From an uncultured Planctomycetales bacterium (lineage in GTDB: Bacteria; Omnitrophota; Gorgyraeia; Gygaellales; Profunditerraquicolaceae): DNA of 64,000 bases. This document shows, piece by piece, positions 59,845 through 64,000 of the stretch (its first letter is position 1; every line of letters begins with the position of its first letter). The translations under genes and the position numbers were made by a program. Below the pieces are notes generated by a model. That model was not told the DNA's origin and did no database searches. It saw only the letters and a list, made by a program, of their open reading frames with translations. The stretch spans positions 144,352-208,351 of the forward strand of contig CAZYCL010000002.1 of NCBI GenBank assembly GCA_964645795.1. The letters are read 5' to 3'.

Positions 59845-60918
59845 CTAAAAAAATCCGGCGAAAATACCGCTGCGCCTATACCCAAACAGGTTTAAAAATG
59901 AGAGCAGGGCTGATTTCGACCGCCCTCTAAATACCCTAAGCGCAAACTCTTTGACGAGCAGTGCGGGCCAAAATATATCGCCAAGATCAAGCCAGTCTTT
60001 GTGGTCATATATATATCGATAAAAATGGCAGGCGCAGCAAGGGATATCATCCCTGGCGCTTATCCGGCCCGTAAGCATAAGCCTGGCCGCCCGCATCTTC
60101 TCATTATTGATGCCGGCAAGCACGCCTTCCTTTTTTATATCCCCGAAGCCGCCCCAAAAGTTCACACAACAACCCAGGATCCTGCCGTCCCAGTTTATTT
60201 GCGGCCGGTTAAAGAGCTGGCCGCATATCATTTTATTCAGATAAACGGGCCTGCCTTTCCGGCCACGCTCGTGTTTGTCGGCGCTGCCGCAAACGGGAGA
60301 ATAATCCGGATCGAAATTAAGTTTGAGGTCAAAGCTCATATTCAAGTCCCTGGCCATCTTGCGGGCACGGTCAATCTCGTGCTCGTTGTGGCCGAAACGG
60401 ACGAATTGCCACCTTAACAGCGGAAACAGGCAATGATATCGGGACTTGTAATGGTTGATCTTCTTTATATTCTCTATTGCGTTGCTAAAGCTGCCGCCCT
60501 TACGGTAAATCCCGTAGACCTCCTCCGAGGCCCCGTCCAAAGAACAACTGATATAAAAGAACCTGTGTTTGACCAACGCCTGCGCCAGGTCATCGCTAAG
60601 CGTATTGATGTTCGATCCGTTTGCGGCGGACAGAAGGATCCCCTTTTTATATCCGTATTCGATTATCTTCCGGATATCGGGATTAAGGAAAACCTCTCCG
60701 TAACTTGAAAGCTCTATGTACGATATCCACGGGTTTTGGTCTACGACCCTCTTAAAATCCTCAAACGAAAGGAATCCTGCTTTCAGGAAATCGAGGGTCT
60801 TGCCTTGGCCCGTAGGGCAACTTGGGCATTTAAGCTGGCATACGGTCGACGCATCCCACCTTATTCCCGTGGGACGTATGCGAACAGGCATCCACCGGTT
60901 TTTACTTGATAAAATCAT
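59845..60918 (-). CDS. Radical SAM enzyme with a Cys-rich SPASM/twitch-like C-terminal domain
   Basis: CQLKCPSC (Cx3Cx2C) radical-SAM motif. C-terminal Cys clusters (GCCVNFWGG, PCCACH). An alternative start at MPVRIRP (60891) lies 11 nt after the upstream stop. Confidence 0.75.
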   Translation of the reverse strand: MILSSKNRWMPVRIRPTGIRWDASTVCQLKCPSCPTGQGKTLDFLKAGFLSFEDFKRVVDQNPWISYIELSSYGEVFLNPDIRKIIEYGYKKGILLSAANGSNINTLSDDLAQALVKHRFFYISCSLDGASEEVYGIYRKGGSFSNAIENIKKINHYKSRYHCLFPLLRWQFVRFGHNEHEIDRARKMARDLNMSFDLKLNFDPDYSPVCGSADKHERGRKGRPVYLNKMICGQLFNRPQINWDGRILGCCVNFWGGFGDIKKEGVLAGINNEKMRAARLMLTGRISARDDIPCCACHFYRYIYDHKDWLDLGDIFWPALLVKEFALRVFRGRSKSALLSFLNLFGYRRSGIFAGFF

Positions 60919-61369
60919 AATATATGCCGGCGATAAGCGCCAGGCCTGAAGTAAAGAAAATGAAGAAATAGTTTATGGCGTCGCTGCGGGATTTAGACTG
61001 GCAGAGTATCCCTTTTAAGACTTCGTAATCGTGGGAGGTCAAAGCCTGGCGCTCCGAAATCCTCTTGATCAACCCGCTTTTCTTAAGCCTTCTCCCCAGT
61101 GATTTGCTCTGGTTGAATTTATAAAGGAAGTAGATGAAAAAACCGACAATACCGACGTACCAAAAACTCTTGGCCAAAAAAGGGCTGAAATCCATGACCA
61201 CGTTGACAAGCCTGACTGCCAGGGTGGCGATCAGCCCGATAAACAGGTATACCCACGAGACGGTTGATTCGCGACACTCGCCTTTTACGGCGCAGTTCAA
61301 ACAGGCAGGCTTCAATTTAAACGTCCTCCTTGAGGGGTCAGCATCACTTGGAACTATATTGTATTTCAA
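60902..61369 (-). CDS. Small membrane protein with an N-terminal CLNC...C motif
   Basis: 155 aa. N-terminal CLNCAVKGEC followed by three or four TM helices. Sits between hydF and the radical-SAM gene with 4-nt and 17-nt junctions. Confidence 0.55.
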   Translation of the reverse strand: MKYNIVPSDADPSRRTFKLKPACLNCAVKGECRESTVSWVYLFIGLIATLAVRLVNVVMDFSPFLAKSFWYVGIVGFFIYFLYKFNQSKSLGRRLKKSGLIKRISERQALTSHDYEVLKGILCQSKSRSDAINYFFIFFTSGLALIAGIYYDFIK

Positions 61370-61373
61370 AAAA

Positions 61374-62600
61374 TCAATCCTGGAAAGGCAATTCTATCCT
61401 GACAACCCCATCCTTGAAAGGCTCAAGCACACGCTCCAGTATCCCGGATAGATAGGCCATAAGGATCCCGTAATTGGTGACCGGCACCCCTTGCTGATGG
61501 CAGCGTTCAATCCGCGCCAAAACCTCCCTGCGGTTTACCATGCACCCGCCGCAGGTGATCACCAGCCCATAGCGCCTTAGGTCTTCAGGGAAGTCAGCAC
61601 CGGCTACAACCTCATAATGCAGGTCTTTCCTGGTATAATCCAAGAGCCAGGTAGGGATCTTGGTGCGGCCGATATCTTCGGGCTGCACGTGATGCGTGCA
61701 GGCTTCGGCGATGAGTATCTCATCGCCGTCTTTTAAATCATCCACGGCGTATACCCCCCTGATATAGGCGTTGAGGTCGCCCTTGTGCCGGGCAAATACC
61801 GTAGAGAATGACGTAAGCGCTACGTCTGGCTGCAGCGTATCGCGCACGGTCTCGAATACCTGCGAATCGGTGATGACCATCTTCGGTTTTTCCTTGAGCG
61901 CCGCTATGGCCCCGGATAGCTGCGTCTCCTTGGTGACAAAAGCCATGGCGTTGTTATCGAGTATCTCGCGCATGACCTGAACTTGCGGCAGGATAAGACG
62001 GCCCTGGGGCATGGCGCTGTCGATCGGGCAAACCAGCACTACCGTATCGCCTGCCTCTATGATGTCGCCTACCAGGGGGATCGGCGACCAGTGTTTGGGA
62101 GCAAGCTCGATTATCTTAACTTTTAATTCCTCAATGCCGGCATGTTCTTTCGCGCTTACCTTAATATATGGCAGCCCTCGGGCTTGCAGGCACGCCTGCG
62201 CCGTTGTATCTGCCAACTCGCATTTATTGATCACAAAAAGAAAGGGAAGGCTTTTCTGCTCAAAGACGGATACCAGCTCTGCTTCAAATCCATCGATAAT
62301 GGTATCGGGGCTGACAACGATGACGCCTACATCGGTTTTACGCAAGACTCTTTGCGTACGCTTGACCCTTTCCTCTCCCAGCTCGCCTTTATCGTCTATC
62401 CCTGCAGTATCGATAAGCATGCAAGGGCCGATAGGCAATATCTCCATCGCCTTATAAACCGGGTCGGTAGTGGTGCCGGCGACCTCCGAAACGATAGACA
62501 GATCCTGGCCGGCTATGGCATTGATCAGGCTGGATTTACCGGTATTGCGCTTGCCGAAGATTCCGATATGCAGTCTATTGCTTGCGGGCGTGCGATACAT
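61374..62600 (-). CDS. hydF: [FeFe]-hydrogenase maturation GTPase HydF
   Basis: 408 aa. N-terminal GTPase (GKRNTGKSSLINA, DTAG) and the C-terminal HydF cluster motif EACTHH...CGGC. Confidence 0.85.
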   Translation of the reverse strand: MYRTPASNRLHIGIFGKRNTGKSSLINAIAGQDLSIVSEVAGTTTDPVYKAMEILPIGPCMLIDTAGIDDKGELGEERVKRTQRVLRKTDVGVIVVSPDTIIDGFEAELVSVFEQKSLPFLFVINKCELADTTAQACLQARGLPYIKVSAKEHAGIEELKVKIIELAPKHWSPIPLVGDIIEAGDTVVLVCPIDSAMPQGRLILPQVQVMREILDNNAMAFVTKETQLSGAIAALKEKPKMVITDSQVFETVRDTLQPDVALTSFSTVFARHKGDLNAYIRGVYAVDDLKDGDEILIAEACTHHVQPEDIGRTKIPTWLLDYTRKDLHYEVVAGADFPEDLRRYGLVITCGGCMVNRREVLARIERCHQQGVPVTNYGILMAYLSGILERVLEPFKDGVVRIELPFQD

Positions 62601-63587
62601 TTATGACTCCATGCAGGGGTGGGCGCCGCTGGGCTCATTAATACAGCGCTTGCCCGGATAAATATCATAGAGCTGCCGATACGGCTGCGGGGTAAAATTA
62701 GGCATCAACACATTTGCCCCGGCGCATAACCCCAGCCTCCTGTAGTCATCGCCCAAGCTCCCCAAGGCAGTAGTAGCAGGCATGTGGGCGCTTTTGGTGA
62801 CGATCCTGGTAAGAGCTAATGCTTTTAAGGTCATCTGGAGATCGCCCTGCTTTTGGCCGGAGAGCCTTGTTTGACTGTGCGCAATGAAGGGCCCGATACT
62901 AATCATGTAAAACTCATGGCTCTTAAAAAACAAAATATCTGCGGCAATATGGCGAATGGTCTGGCCTTTCAAGCCCACTATTATGCCGCTCCCGACCTGA
63001 TAGCCCAGCTCCTTTAAATCACTAAGGCAGCGCAGCCTGTTTTCGAAGCTCATACCGTCATGCAAAGAATCATACAACCGCTTATCCGAAGCTTCTATCT
63101 TTAGTAAATAGCGGTCGGCCCCGGCCTTTCTCCAATCTTCGTAATCCTGCCTGCTGCGCTCTCCCACCGAAAGGGTAACGGCGATATCCGAAAAACCTGC
63201 CTTTATCTTTGTGATCAGATTGGTCATCCACGCGGCATCCATCCCTTCGTCTTCTCCTGACTGCAGTACTACCGTGCGTATCCCGCGGGAATAAATCCTT
63301 TCAACCGCCTCCAGGATCTGGCCTTGGCTTAAACGGTAGCGGCCAAGACGCGCATTATTCTTGTTCAAGCCGCAGTAAAAGCAGCTATTGCGGCAATGGC
63401 TGGAGAACTCCAGCAGCCCGCGTAAAAGTATGCCGTCACCGCAATAAAGCCTGCGCATGCGGTCGGCATATCCGAACAACAACCGCACCTGCTCCTGGCC
63501 GCTTATGCCAAGAATGGACTCCAGCGCATCCAGATCGGGGCGAACTGTTATTCTTTCCATGGTCCTGGCGATGTTTTCCTTAGACAT
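62601..63587 (-). CDS. hydE: [FeFe]-hydrogenase maturase HydE (radical SAM, biotin-synthase-like)
   Basis: 328 aa with the CRNSCFYC (Cx3Cx2C) motif. BioB-like TIM barrel, and the size fits HydE. Confidence 0.8.
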   Translation of the reverse strand: MSKENIARTMERITVRPDLDALESILGISGQEQVRLLFGYADRMRRLYCGDGILLRGLLEFSSHCRNSCFYCGLNKNNARLGRYRLSQGQILEAVERIYSRGIRTVVLQSGEDEGMDAAWMTNLITKIKAGFSDIAVTLSVGERSRQDYEDWRKAGADRYLLKIEASDKRLYDSLHDGMSFENRLRCLSDLKELGYQVGSGIIVGLKGQTIRHIAADILFFKSHEFYMISIGPFIAHSQTRLSGQKQGDLQMTLKALALTRIVTKSAHMPATTALGSLGDDYRRLGLCAGANVLMPNFTPQPYRQLYDIYPGKRCINEPSGAHPCMES

Positions 63588-64000
63588 ATTCGTCGCGCAC
63601 CCCTCTTTCTATACCGGCAAAGAATGATCCGAGCTGTTTCTTGTCCTGCTCGGGCAGGCCTGCGGCAAGGCTATCGATAAGCTTGTATCCTTGTTCTTTT
63701 ACGCCTAAAGACGCAAAATCATCCAGGTACTCTTTGAATGTGATCAGGGCGTTCATGCTGCATTTGCCCTTTATCGTCCCTGGCCTGGCCAGATCCATAA
63801 AGGCCTCTCCGGTGCGCTCTTTGCGGTAGCAGGCGGCGCAGAAGCTGGGGATAAAGCCTTTCTTAATTAATGAAGCGATAACTTCATCCAGGGAGCGGCG
63901 GTCTCCGGTGACGAACTGCCCGTTTTCATCGTCCCGGCAATAGCCTCCGGGAGAGGTCCTGGACTCCGCGCTTATCTGGGAAACCCCCAGGCTGAATAAC
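63580..64000 (-). CDS. hydG: [FeFe]-hydrogenase maturase HydG, C-terminal part; the 5' end lies beyond the window
   Basis: The frame is open in-frame to the window edge. Translation ...IPSFCAACYRKERTGEAFMDLARPGTIKGKCSMNAL... contains the HydG C-terminal CxxCx22C motif. The ORF-track 72-aa entry is its 3' end. Confidence 0.7.
   Translation of the reverse strand, partial: LFSLGVSQISAESRTSPGGYCRDDENGQFVTGDRRSLDEVIASLIKKGFIPSFCAACYRKERTGEAFMDLARPGTIKGKCSMNALITFKEYLDDFASLGVKEQGYKLIDSLAAGLPEQDKKQLGSFFAGIERGVRDEYV

Noticed and set aside
63580-63798. 72-aa ORF listed as a stand-alone gene
   Set aside because: The frame stays open upstream to the window edge and encodes the HydG C-terminal CxxCx22C region, so it is the 3' end of hydG rather than a small gene.`

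Overview
This 64 kb window is a gene-dense, largely minus-strand chromosomal segment from a Gram-negative-type anaerobe (lpxB and msbA are present). It carries roughly 65 protein genes, three tRNAs and no rRNA, CRISPR array or recognisable mobile element.

Main content, in order:
- Branched-chain amino acid genes: ilvH (partial), an inserted methyltransferase, ilvB and ilvD.
- Glycolysis: a long class II aldolase-like gene and pfkA.
- Methyl cycle: ahcY and metK.
- A regulatory PTS cluster: ptsI, ptsH, a YvcK-like gene and ptsN.
- tRNA-Gly, tRNA-Leu and tRNA-Lys, with tandem direct repeats at the tRNA-Lys locus.
- The rpsB-tsf-pyrH-frr operon.
- A glycoconjugate module: an ArnT/PMT-like GT-C glycosyltransferase, two tandem GT2 paralogs and an MsbA-like exporter, next to a Gfo/Idh/MocA oxidoreductase and lpxB.
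- A MotA/MotB-like pair, an M48 peptidase, a divergent L27, a beta-CASP RNase, a DUF1846 protein and a second GT-C glycosyltransferase.
- A split carB (N-terminal half only), carA and pyrG.
- An HD-GYP protein translationally coupled to a 642-aa helical paralog of its N-terminal domain.
- gdhA and nfnAB.
- A large oxygen and reactive-oxygen-species defence island. It contains trxB, a NapH-like polyferredoxin, a glutaredoxin-like gene, a flavodiiron protein, a rubredoxin that the ORF track missed, a thiol peroxidase fused to a pterin-4a-carbinolamine dehydratase, a DJ-1 protein, superoxide reductase, sufCB, and an Rrf2-controlled hcp operon.
- A hydG-hydE-hydF [FeFe]-hydrogenase maturase operon. 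It is extended by a Cys-rich membrane protein, an extra radical-SAM/SPASM enzyme, mazG and a DUF1805 protein.

The most interesting candidates are:
- the extended hyd maturation operon;
- the HD-GYP protein and its N-terminal-domain paralog;
- a 37-bp perfect-stem palindrome that occurs identically at two distant loci, each just upstream of a gene start;
- the thiol peroxidase-dehydratase fusion.
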